Assembly: GCF_947568905.1 (NCBI RefSeq)
Contig: NC_079167.1
Location: 1,178,001 to 1,242,000, forward strand
Origin: Ostrea edulis
Taxonomy: Eukaryota
Direction of reading: 5' to 3'
DNA length: 64,000 bases
The translations under genes and the position numbers were made by a program. Below, in pieces: positions 1-10,970 of the stretch. Position 1 is the first letter of the stretch. Each line of letters opens with the position of its first letter. Below the pieces are notes generated by a model that was not told where the DNA came from, searched no databases, and was given only the letters and a program-made list of their open reading frames with translations.

Positions 1-111
1 TATGCAAAGTCTTATTGCACCACTTGTCTTCCTGGCTACAACCATAGATGAAATCCAGTCAGTTGGAATCGTTACTGGAGTAATCACTCCAAGTTTCTGG
101 AGCCAGTCAAG

Positions 112-322
112 TTCTCTCTTCAGATCTCCTTTGAGCGATATTGGCACTTCTCTCTTCAGATCTCCTTTGAGCGATATTGGCACTTCTCTCTTCAGATCTC
201 CTTTGAGCGATATTGGCACTTCTCTCTTCAGATCTCCTTTGAGCGATATTGGCACTTCTCTCTTCAGATCTCCTTTGAGCGATATTGGCATTTCTCTCTT
301 CAGATCTCCTTTGAGCGATATT
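112..322. repeat. 36-bp tandem repeat, about 6 copies, inside Gypsy pol
   Basis: TTCTCTCTTCAGATCTCCTTTGAGCGATATTGGCAC at 112, 148, 184, 220, 256, 292; minus strand encodes VPISLKGDLKRE in the pol frame. Confidence 0.95.
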
Positions 323-450
323 GTTAGATTTTCTAGTTAGAATCTTTGTTGGTGGCACAGTTGTATCCAACCTGAGATGTAACTCTCCTTCAAGTTTCCC
401 AAGACCTTCAAACAAAACCGGATACTGTCGTTTTAACTCATCTTTGGTAA

Positions 451-1155
451 GGCCAAAAAAATAATGTGTGTTTCCGGTTACCCGACCGACCCTACTGCCA
501 AATTCCCAACCCTATACTTTTTTTTTCACGATATCGGTGAAAAATTAAAATTTCCGGAAATTTTTATTGTGTTCTTTCCGGAAACGTCTCTTTTATTACG
601 AATCGTAATGGCAGCGCACTTGTTGGCAGCAACAAGTTTGCTGGCCATGAGGGTTAATAAATGCCAGCACCTTAAAACAGATAAAAACGCAATATTGTGC
701 ATTGAGAACAGGAGGTCACTGTTTGATGTTTTTACTGAAAATCATGGAGAACTGACGAAGGGCTTTGAACTGACGGTATCCTGCAACACGGCTCTGACTG
801 ATACACAGAATAGCACATCATTCGATGTCCAACCAAATATGCTGATTGGAGATCTGAGCGCTACCTTCAACAGAAAACGTTTGGAGTTCACTTGTTCATG
901 GATTTCTTTCTCATTGAGCTTCATATAAAATGAAAAGATACGGGATAAGAGTCAGGGAGACCACACTATTTCTACAAAAGTAGAACAGTATGTCCATATC
1001 CAATCTTTTGAGCAAATATTGCTGAAATACACAACCTTAAGTACACATAATTCGAATCTGGCAGATCTATTTAAAAAAAAAAAAAAAAAAAAACCTACCG
1101 ACCCTATTTTAGAATTTCATATAATAGGAAACACACATATTTTGTTTTTTTGGCC
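451..1155. mobile_element. Non-autonomous TIR element (PIF/Harbinger- or Zator-like), TAA target duplication
   Basis: Ends GGCCAAAAAAATAATGTGTGTTTCC / GGAAACACACATATTTTG...TTTTGGCC, TAA at 448-450 and 1156-1158; removal rejoins pol as TESL-TKDELKRQYPVLFEGLG. Confidence 0.8.
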
Positions 1156-1786
1156 TAAGAGATTCTGTGTCACTACACTTTCCTGCAATCTGTGCAACAA
1201 AGTTCTGTTCGTTTACAGTGATGAGCTTCATTGATTGTATTGCTGATACTCCAAGAATTGGGTTTAGCTCCATTCCTGATACTATCACAAACTCAATGCT
1301 GTACTTCTTTCTATTTCGTGGATTACGAAGGGTCAACCTTCTTTTTCCCAAAGGCTTTGTCTCACTCTTATTATACATCACTAATGTCATATTAGTTTCA
1401 GTCAGGTTTCCATGATCTATGCACTGTTTCCTATACACAAACTCAGGCAGAATGCTGACGCTGAACCCACAATCCAACTGGAATTGTACTGTTTGCTCAT
1501 TAATAACCATTTGAGCTGTGATTTTCTTTTTCTTGTTGACACTGTGTACTTCCTCAATGGTGAGAACATATTCACATTCACTATATGACAAATGGTCATT
1601 TACGTCATGCACTGACTTCTTCGTATGTGGCTTTCTGCCAGGACGCGACTTATTTTGTTTACTGTTCCCTTGTTTACACACTCGAGCATAGTGATTCCTT
1701 CGCCCACACGTGGAACACTCTTTGCCATAAGCTGGACATTCTGTTTTATTCTTGTGGTGTCGTAATCCACAGTATTCACAACTCAC
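1109..1786 (-). pseudogene. Gypsy gag zinc knuckle plus aspartic protease fragment
   Basis: ORF with CEYCGLRH and CSTCGRRNHYARVC (CCHC), then the protease region with a degenerate D-T/S-G motif (LDCG). Confidence 0.85.
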
Positions 1787-2191
1787 CTTGTCTCTATAGG
1801 GCCCTTCTTCGGTTTGTCAGACATTCGTTTGACTGATTTTTTCCCAACCTGGACGTCTTCAATCACTTTAAGCTGTGAACTCGACTTCTCACTGGCTCTA
1901 CATATGTCAACACAACGTTGTAAGTTTAAACTTTTCTCCTGCAATAGTTTTTTTCTAGTGTGATTGTCTCGGATCATTTCTTCTACATGTCTTAACAAGT
2001 GTACGTTGCGAAGCAATATAGCTATCTATGATTTCTTTACTTCCTGCTCTCTCTTATTGAAAGTATTCTGCTCATATATCACGTTTGTCTGACCTATGCA
2101 AAAGTCTTCCATTACTTGCAGTACTTTGATGATGTCTTTCCGATCTTCGTTTTCAAATCTTAAACAATCATATACTGATAATGCATCGGCA

Positions 2192-3010
2192 GGGTTGGGC
2201 AGTTAAAACCGCCCCTGGTTTTAACCAGTGGTTTTAACCGTCCCGGTCAATACTCCCCAAGTGGTCAATTGTGATTTAAACAGTCCATTTTCCTATTTTT
2301 GTACATTTCTTGCAAATATAAAGATAAATTAAGTCTTTTCATTATATGGATCAAGTGTTGATTAATATTTTCATTAGATAATGAAATGTAATTTCATAAG
2401 TTTAATATATTTGGTTTGCTGAAACTGACCGAAATATCTTCAGTATCTACCAGAGGGTCACAGTTCTATAGCATAGCTTGATGATTGGAGACAGACCTCT
2501 TAATACATGTACCTGGGCAGATTAAGAATAAAAGGTAGCTGGACATTACCTGAGCACAGGAAGCACAGTTGACAGGTGTTAATAAGCATAGGCTGGGACC
2601 AGAGATGACCAGTGTGCCTGTTATTGTTATGAAAAACATCACCAACCCACCCCTCAAATGTTTATTCAACAGTTAAAATGAAGATTAATGAAACAATACT
2701 TATAGGTAGTTCTTGTTAAACTATAAGGAATTTGAACAGAAACTTTAACATCATCCCCAATTCAACAGTCATTTTGTACATTATTTATTTAATATTATGA
2801 TCTTATAAGTATATTATAAACTGATAGTGCATGTTATAAATTACAGTATTTACCATAATGGTCACTTAAACATTTAAAATAAATAACAGACTACAATGAC
2901 CAAATAATTTTCAATCAACCAGTATTAACCACTATTGACCAGTATTGACAGGTTTTAACCAGTATTGACCACTGGCCTGGTCAATACTCATATTGACCAC
3001 TTTTTCGCCA
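2192..3010. mobile_element. Non-autonomous DNA-transposon-like insertion in gag
   Basis: Starts (CA)GGGTTGGGCAG, ends TTTTTCGCCA (right TIR looks clipped), subterminal TTAACC/TTGACC repeats at both ends; removal restores the gag frame TYISADAL. Confidence 0.65.
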
Positions 3011-3269
3011 CTGATATATGTCAATAATGTTGCTACACGTAATTCATTGTTTTTTTCTTTCAATCCAGTTGCAATTTCGTATTTTCCCCACACACGCTTA
3101 AAATGGTGCCAATTTGTAGCAAGGTTTCCTCAAATGTCCAGTTTCGCAGGAAAAGGAATATTTGTCGGTACATATACCTTCTGAGGAGCGGTTGCACCTC
3201 CTGGGCCATTTTCTTCACTCATTCCGAAAAGGAGAGAAAGCATTCACCAAAAGCGTGGTGCACATGTGT

Positions 3270-3282
3270 ACTTCTGACACCA
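3270..3282 (-). other. Primer-binding site of the Gypsy element
   Basis: TGGTGTCAGAAGT directly after the LTR end (...AATAAAACGTTACA); a common Gypsy tRNA PBS. Confidence 0.85.
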
Positions 3283-3313
3283 TGTAACGTTTTATTGCTC
3301 AGCACAACAACAA

Positions 3314-4393
3314 TAGAGTTGGGTACCGCAGAAAATAAAGGTACCGTGATATACCGTGGTATTTGCAAAATACCGAGGTACATACCACGGTATACTGTAG
3401 ATTTAATCTTTTAATTTTATGATTCAGTTTTAGTGGATTTTAGTTGTGATTTATTGTATATAATGAGCAGTTATTAGTTTATTGATTGTAAATTGCATTT
3501 AATTTATTCAAATATAAATGATAAGGAAAATATCTTATTTAAATCTATTTTGACACCAGTTAACAGAACAAAAGTTTAATCCAAACATAAAAGTATATCG
3601 TACATACAATATAGCAGTGTCTCTGTATCATGAATAGAATCGACTGTGACTAGACTACTGACTGGAACGACTATCAAAATAATTAATAGGGGGAAACCTG
3701 TGGAATTTATTTGACACGATCTCAAAGTCTAGAAGTTCTTAGAGTCGCAAATGACGAGAACTTCTACATGTAGGATACGCCTGTCCGCTTCTCTAAAGAG
3801 AATAACGAGAACATGTGCGTACAAACGTGTTCTTCGACCACAATTCCTACATTCTTGCACCTCAAACCCATTAACTCAGCGTTCAGAATCGGCAGGAATT
3901 TGTACTCGCGCGACGAACGGTGGTTTCGAACGCACAAGTCTGCATCTGCCATTTTATTTTTTTTTACTTGGGGTTTGCCTAATAGGCGGAAATGGTATTC
4001 AACAAGCATAAACCAAACAACATAAAAACAATTTTTATAATCTACCAGTAACCTTATATATTAAAATAATAACTTAATGAAATGTTTTGTATTATTTTTT
4101 TCTTTAATTTTGATTTCTTTTCATATCATTAATAATCCAATCATCACGTTTCATACTTCGTATGTTTTACCGATTGTGTACAGTTATTAAACTTACCTTT
4201 CATTGCATCACAACGAGGGAACGATGTAAATAAAGTGAGTCACTGCGTACACAAATTTCTTTAATTATTTTTTCTAGTTTCAATTATATATTTTTTGTTA
4301 AGAGTTATCAGACTTGAATATACCGGTATTTCGCCTTGTGTACCGCGGTACATACCAGTACCAGAAAAATTACCGGTACACTGCGCACCTCTA
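3314..4393. mobile_element. hAT-like non-autonomous element inserted in the LTR
   Basis: TAGAG...CTCTA termini, 8-bp TSD AACAACAA at 3306-3313 and 4394-4401, GGTACCG subterminal repeats. Confidence 0.8.
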
Positions 4394-4493
4394 AACAACA
4401 ATATATAAGAACATCGAACCTGATCTTAATACATGCAAGTTAACACAATATCGTCACAAAGGTCTCCATGCATACAATCTGATTTATAGTTAA

Positions 4494-5299
4494 AGGGTTC
4501 CATGCTTTCCAGGGTTCGAAATTAACTTTTTCAAGCACTAATCTGTACGGACTAGTCACTGTTGATGTTCACTAGTCCGGAAAACATTTGTGCATGTTCG
4601 AAGAACGGCGGTCTCGAATGCACTCCATGTGTTTGGAAGCTCAGGATGTCATAGTCACACAAACACTTAACCATGCAGGTAATTAATCGACCATAACTTC
4701 AAACATCTAAGAGACTCGAACAATTCTTGCTAAAAACCTTTACCATATTCAAGATTGATTTCCGGATTTTCACTAGTCCGTACGGACTAGTGCTATAGAG
4801 AGTTCACTAGTCCGACACGTTTTTTACTAGTCTCGGACTTACGGACATGAGTTAATTTCGAACCCTGCTTTCCGAAAATAATTGTTATCAAATGTCCTCA
4901 TTATCTATTTAGGATCTGAAGAAGATTTCCATTTTTTGGCGATTTTTAAAGAAAAAATCATGTTTTAGCTCCAAAACCTCGTAATTGCTCCCACATATCT
5001 ATGTCAAACAACTTGATATGTATTCAAAGGGTTACATACATTCACAAAATACTTGTCTGCAAATGTCAATGGCATTTATATCAAATTTAAAGAGTTTTTC
5101 CAGTTTTCAGCTATTATTTTTACAAATTTCATGATTTTGGCCCCAAAACTCGTAAACGCCCCCACATAAAAATGTCAAACAACCTGATTTATAATCAAGG
5201 GACTATGTACTTCAAAAAAATACTTGTTTGCAAAAATCACTAGGGGGGGGGGGGGGGGGTCCCCCATTACCTTTACTAGCCCATGGCCATGTATTCTCT
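4494..5299. mobile_element. Possible Kolobok-like non-autonomous element
   Basis: TTAA flanks (4490-4493, 5300-5303) with imperfect AGGGTTCCATG / CATGTATTCTCT ends; weak. Confidence 0.3.
4510..4867. mobile_element. MITE with CAGGG ends and 5-bp TSD
   Basis: 17-bp TIR CAGGGTTCGAAATTAAC / GTTAATTTCGAACCCTG, CTTTC duplicated at 4505-4509 and 4868-4872, internal ACTAGTCC repeats. Confidence 0.85.
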
Positions 5300-5301
5300 T
5301 T

Positions 5302-5520
5302 AACTGTCAAAAGGAAATCAAAATTTACTTGCTTTTAATCCATTTTCAACATGTCCCCTGTCCCGGGTTTACATTAACTGGTCTAATGGGAGCTGTCACA
5401 ATAGGGGACCAGTTAAGAGAAAAGTAGGCTGATGTAATCAGAGTTGTGATTTAAACCCGGGACAGGGGCATGTTAAAAATGGATTAAAAGCAAGTAAGTT
5501 TTGATTTCCTTGTGACGGTT
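5302..5520. repeat. Inverted repeat / MITE-like hairpin with arms of about 68 bp
   Basis: 5302-5370 is the near-perfect reverse complement of 5453-5520. Confidence 0.85.
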
Positions 5521-6292
5521 TTGTGCATTGCTGTTAGATATTTGAAAACAAGTTGTCTATTGCGTAAATCCAGGCACATCTGAGTCGAAACATCAGTCGA
5601 ATCATAAACCGTCACCGACTCCAGCATTTACACATTTCCCAGAATCAAAATATGAATGCTTGCAAAGAGAAGTCGATGACTGCTATGCCTCTCGACTTCT
5701 CTCAAGAGAATAATGGCCATGGTCTAATATGTTTGTATAAATATGTTCATGAATGCTGGGTATTTTGGAGTGATATAAATGTAGCAAAATCCTGATGCAG
5801 GACTTAAATAATTATTTAATATAAAACTCAAGGAGAAAACTAAATAGGCCGTTTCTGCTGCCTAATTTCATTCATGTACTAAGTATTTGGCAAATAGTTA
5901 TTGTTTAAATTGAACCTGATCGAATGGTCAAAGCATGTGAACATTACAAAATATGTGTATATGTAGAGCTCTGCGCTCGCTCAAACGGTAGCACCGTCAA
6001 CATATTACTCATCACTCACTGATAAAACTTAAGATTTATGTTATTTTCTATATTAACTTCCAATCGAAGTGATAATCTCAACTTTCACTTTCATAGTTTT
6101 AAAAATATAACATAGGCCTATTACATTATTTCTGGTAGTTTCAAAACTCTGACTTAGTAATAGTAGGGTATATACTTAACTACTTACATTTAACAAGAAA
6201 AATTCCTTCTGGATAGTAGCTTAAGTGAACTAGAATTTATTTCCCAAGTTACCACCGCCTAGGTATTTTAAAACTTTCCTGATGGCGCGTAT

Positions 6293-6752
6293 CCTGATTC
6301 CCGAGGCCTTCCGATGTGCAAGCACGAAGGCCAGGCACTCACTGTCGAATGGATTCTTCCACTGATCAAAATCCAATATGGCGGACTCAATGGTAAGTAA
6401 TGGGAATGTACGTAAATGAGCGTATCATGGCTTAATTAGCTGTGTCACTTTCGATTTTATGTCATTAATTGCCAGAGACAGACCTTAGGAAATGTATAAT
6501 ACTTGGTTTTCCATGTGACACGCTTGTTTGATATAGTCTTATCCCTTTGTTTTCAAGCAAGTAGGTGATTCGTCAACTCGCATATTTTTCACGTGTGTTA
6601 AATTAAATCTAACCGTGTCACTTCGTTTTTTCTACTATTGTTGGGTTGCATAGGGTTGCTGGTGAAGATATAGACTGAGGTTTATAGATGACACACACCA
6701 GTTTTCCTATTTCGAACCGGCAATTTCAGATCGAATTTCCTCCACTCATTTT
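6293..6752 (+). repeat. Left arm of a 460-bp inverted repeat
   Basis: Reverse complement of 12515-12974 with very few differences; contains ATGGCGGACTCAATG|GTAAGT. Confidence 0.95.
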
Positions 6753-7570
6753 GACTGGTTATCCTTGTAAAGCAGTATAAATATTATTGTAACTGCTTGC
6801 TGTTTATGAGTCTCCCTTGCATGTTGTAAATAATTGAGATATTAAGCAAGGCATAACATTTTATCCTAGAAAGATAGAAGTTACACCTACATGCACTAAT
6901 TGTGTAAACACATACAATGTGAAAATGGACAATAAAGTTTTAATTTGGCCTTATGATTGATTGACTGTATATTGTTTAACGTCCATCTCGAGAATATTTC
7001 ACTCATATGGACCCAAGAACTTCCATCCAATGATTTTCAGGACCTATTATGTTGCAATATTATGCTAGTTCAGTTCTTAATATGTAAGTTAGTCATTATT
7101 TGTTTCTCTATTTCTTAAAATTCATTCATATTCAAGGGTCACCATCAATTGCTTGTATTTAGACCTATACTTGATACTTTGGTCTTTTGAGCAGTAAGGG
7201 TCAGATCGTTCTTAATTGTGTCACACTTGTGAAACAAGATTTCAGTTTATAATCTTATTCAATGATCACTCTTTTCTCACAATATGCAATCAGGTACAGA
7301 GGACCTATTCTGACCCAGATAATCACTGGGTTACAAAGACATTTCTTTGAACTAGTTTTAAAGGTATTTCACATACAGAAATGCTAGATTTATTTAAATT
7401 TCAGAATATTAGACTTTCTTCATGAACAAGGAATATATTCAATTCAAATGCTTTATTGACGACTACCAAACATGAGGCATACATTATATATACATATATC
7501 ACACAAACCAGTATCAACTGTACAGAATAATGTAATATTTACTCTCCAAGGCTACCAGTTCTTAATGTAT

Positions 7571-7643
7571 GCCAACATGGTGTAATGGTGCACACTTTCG
7601 TATCTGTACGATGGAGGAACAGGTTCGATTCCTGTTGTTGGCT
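7571..7643 (+). tRNA. tRNA-like sequence (pseudo-tRNA or SINE head); no canonical anticodon loop
   Basis: Acceptor GCCAACA/TGTTGGC, D arm GTGT-AATGGT-GCAC, T arm ACAGG-TTCGATT-CCTGT, A box TGGTGTAATGG, B box GGTTCGATTCC; anticodon arm is aberrant. Confidence 0.5.
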
Positions 7644-9149
7644 TTCCTTTGAAAGAACTAGTAGAGATCTTCCATTGTTTAAGAATACGACAATATTATA
7701 GCATTTAATGTCAAAGACACACACTTGCGCAGAAAACATGTTTACTAATGAAATAGCTAAATTTCATTTACACTAATTATTTGCATGGAAAAGGTTTTTA
7801 ACAGAAGAGGGTTGTGATCAAGCATTTCTTGTGCAACACATTCCAATCTGAAAGTTAGCAAAATTCCTCATAAGTGTTATCCCCAAGTAACTGAAACATG
7901 TCTGTGTTATATATTTCGAAGGTTCTTTAATCTCCACATGAAACAATGCCAAATCTCCTTTTTAAGGTCTTTCTAGTCATGTATTTCTCATGTCATACTG
8001 TGGAATGAATTGCTACTCCTCCTACTGCTAGCTAACTTTTTGATCTGAGAACTGACACTCTCAAACTTCCTCCATGAGTCTTTCTCAAAAAGCTCACCTC
8101 TGATCTAAAAATTATAAACAATGTCACAAACATCAGTATAATCAGTAAAGATTTGTATCAGGAATAGTAGTAAATACACAATACACATACATCATAAATA
8201 TTAATTATGTCATAATTTTATCATAGATAAATAATGAAACAAGTCTGTAATTTTTGTAGAAGATGAACAACCAACTGTGAATTTTGAATGTCAATATATT
8301 TCCCGTTTCTTCTAAAGTTTTATATTCATGCAGGTTTTGCTTACACAAACAAGAGGGAGGGAATGCTGATGTCTGCTTGTATGCATGCCACATTCGTCAC
8401 TTCCACTCAGAAATTTCTCATTTTCAATAAAGTCATCTGAAGATCTGGCCTCTCCTTTTTAAAAGGATCTGCATGATGCACCTGAAATAAAACAAGGTAG
8501 GTCAGTTCATTATATACAAAAAAATCATGCATTTGTCACTATTGTGTTTCATCAATCCAGAAAATGTCAGTATTGAATTTCTTCCACTAACAAAGGGAAC
8601 ATATTTTGAATATGATAAACTTCTTAACTCACCTTTAGATGCCAGAAATAATTGTTTTTATTATTGCTATAAGAGTTGGGAAACTTGAAATAACAGACTG
8701 TAACAAATTGATTTAGTTGTTAACCTGTTCTGGAAGTCTGTAATTCTTCATTCAAGTTGGATGTCAATTCCTTCCAACATGAATTAGTGTGGAGGAGGAT
8801 GGGTCCTTGAATACCCCTTTAGAAATTCTTTCTCCATCTCTTTCCATCTGGAGTCTGTAGACTACATGGTAAAATGAAGAGATCAATCTGGTTATCTTTC
8901 TTTTCTTTTTTCCACAAAACTATATTAAGAATCATTAATTTGGTACACAAGTACCACTAGACAAAATTTTCAATACAGTGAGAGAAATTATAATTATATG
9001 CGGGTGTTTTATAGGTAGTCGGGTTCGAATATCATTTGTATTGGTCACGTGGTGAAGGCATATAAATAGGCGAACATGTGTTTGTGCGGCATTCTAAGCA
9101 CGCTCGCTAGCTCTACGTACAGGTAAATTTTATACACTACAAAAACTCT

Positions 9150-9604
9150 ATGGCTGAAAGTGACCATTGCATGGAAACTCCGGGAGAAGAATTTGGTTTA
9201 TATAATGAAGAGGCCGTTTCTTTATTCAGTTCTTCACTGAACAAAGCTTTAGAAAGGCAGAGCAATGTTATTGTGAGCACTATAACGGGCCTTACAGAAA
9301 AGTTGACAAAAAGCAACGCGGGGAAAAACGTGCCGCACGTGGAGGAACCAACAGTTTCAGTTAACGGGTCACCAGGATTCGAATTCAAACACGAGGGACA
9401 CAAGATTCAGTTTAACTTTAATCAAGCAAGATATTCCAAGTTGTCAGAGCTAAGAAAGTTGATTCAGGAGTGTGATTTTCAGAAAGCAGCAGACATCGTA
9501 AAAGAGGAACAAGCAGCAATACTTCAAAGAAACAAGATTTTAAAGATTGCAGACCGGCACGGATGGGATACCGTGAGTGAATACCTTGACGACCCCTTAG
9601 CGGA
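9150..9604 (+). pseudogene. Ngaro/DIRS ORF1 (gag-like), 3' truncated
   Basis: FKHEGHKIQFNFN...QRNKILKIADRHGWDTVSEYLDDPLA resembles DIRS/Ngaro ORF1; cut by the repeat starting at 9605. Confidence 0.7.
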
Positions 9605-10509
9605 GATGATCAACAAGGTTCCATGAACCACATGGCATATCTTGCATGGCACCATGTGCATAATGAATTCTAGAGCAGTATTTTGAGCACCATGTGCATA
9701 TACCTTATGAGCTACATATGAAATTGTAAACAAAGCACCATGTGCGTTTTCTTGTGTATACTAAGAGAATTTTGAATTGAAACGAAGTGGGATTTTGTGA
9801 GCTAAATATGAATTAGAGATAAGGCACCATGTGCGTTTTCAGAAAATCAAATGTAATTGAATGGGGCATGCATGAACTATATCTTAAGTCTCAAGGTGGA
9901 AAGTCGTGGGACAACTTTGCAGTAAGGTATCTGGATTAGTATGCCGGAGGTACCAGGTTCAAATCTCATGATGGATTGGATTTTTAAACCAAAATGGAAA
10001 TCTTCAATGTTTTGGCCTCTGATTTGGAATGCAAAGCAAAACAATTTTCATTATTTTGTAAAAGGATTTATTGAGTATAATAATCCAAAAAATTTTTTCA
10101 AAGCTGGATCAGATATAAACAGTATTTTTGCGGCATATAAGTTTGCTAGTAATGTTCTAGTGCTGAGAGTTGATTTTAGATAGATCATATGGATGATCAA
10201 CAAGGTTCCATGAACCACATGGCATATCTTGCATGGCACCATGTGCATAATGAATTCTAGAGCAGTATTTTGAGCACCATGTGCATATACCTTATGAGCT
10301 ACATATGAAATTGTAAACAAAGCACCATGTGCGTTTTTCTTGTGTATACTAAGAGAATTTTGAATTGAAACGAAGTGGGATTTTGTGAGCTAAATATGAA
10401 TTAGAGATAAGGCACCATGTGCGTTTTCAGAAAATCAAATGTAATTGAATGGGGCATGCATGAACTATATCTTAAGTCTCAAGGTGGAAAGTTGTGGGAC
10501 AACTTTGCA
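9605..10509. repeat. Two direct copies of a ~317-bp repeat (9605-9921, 10192-10509), replacing the element interior
   Basis: Near-identical copies with 587-bp period; the spacer holds a B-box-like GGTTCAAATC at about 9956. Confidence 0.9.
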
Positions 10510-10567
10510 TTGATAAAATCTGTCTTTTTTATAGGTACACAATAACATTCTGTCGGAAATCCAGGAA

Positions 10568-10970
10568 ATGAAAAAAGACAGCAGGTTTGCATCGGCAGCA
10601 TCACACATTCATTACATTCTACGGAAAGGAAAGAGCGACAACTCTAATAGAAAATACGACACTTATTTCCAAAAATTTAAAGGCTGGTGTTTGGCTCACG
10701 ATGTTTCCTATTTACCCGCAGCAGTGAGTACTGTGGCAGTATTTCTAAGCGGTCTTGTACAGCAATCGGTTTCCGAATCTGTGTTATCAACATATTTCTA
10801 CAGTATCAAGTGGTATCATGATTGCAATATGTGCTCTAACCCGTGTGATCAAAAAATTCTCCATATGCTCATGGAAGGAGGAAATTCATGGTCGATGGAA
10901 ATCGGATTTTTCAAGGGACAACTACATTAAAGATTGTGTGCAAAGCAACTTCATGTTACCAAAAATTTGA
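10568..10970 (+). pseudogene. Tyrosine recombinase remnant (N-terminal SAM-like domain fused to the extreme C-terminus)
   Basis: YFQKFKGWC...VAVFLSGL...YFYSIKWYH then, in another frame, HGRWKSDFSRDNYIKD; the central catalytic region is deleted at about 10885. Confidence 0.8.

Larger units (their letters stand above)
1..4458 (-). mobile_element. Degenerate Ty3/Gypsy LTR retrotransposon (5' LTR, PBS, gag, protease, start of RT; runs off the left edge), interrupted by three insertions
   Basis: Minus strand, in order: LTR TGT...ACA (4458->3283), PBS TGGTGTCAGAAGT, gag from ATG 3222 (MSEENG...KLDI*GNLATNW...RVATLLTYISADAL after removing the 2192-3010 insert), CCHC knuckle CSTCGRRNHYARVC, protease-like QFQLDCGFSVSILP, RT N-terminus ELDWLQKLGVITPVTIPTDWISSMVVARKTSGAIRLCI at 1-112. 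Stops and frameshifts present. Confidence 0.9.

Noticed and set aside
112-322. 36-bp repeats as a CRISPR array
   Set aside because: Units are contiguous with no spacers, and the context is a eukaryotic retrotransposon.
6955-7012. TTGATTGATTGACTGTATATTGTTTAACGTCC..., resembling a reversed SINE tail
   Set aside because: Only about 60 bp and recognised from memory; cannot be bounded.
8633-8870. Minus-strand segment faintly resembling a PARP-like fold (RWKEMEKEFLKGYSRTHPPP)
   Set aside because: Needs several frameshifts and no catalytic motif can be assembled; kept only as part of the unidentified decayed gene.
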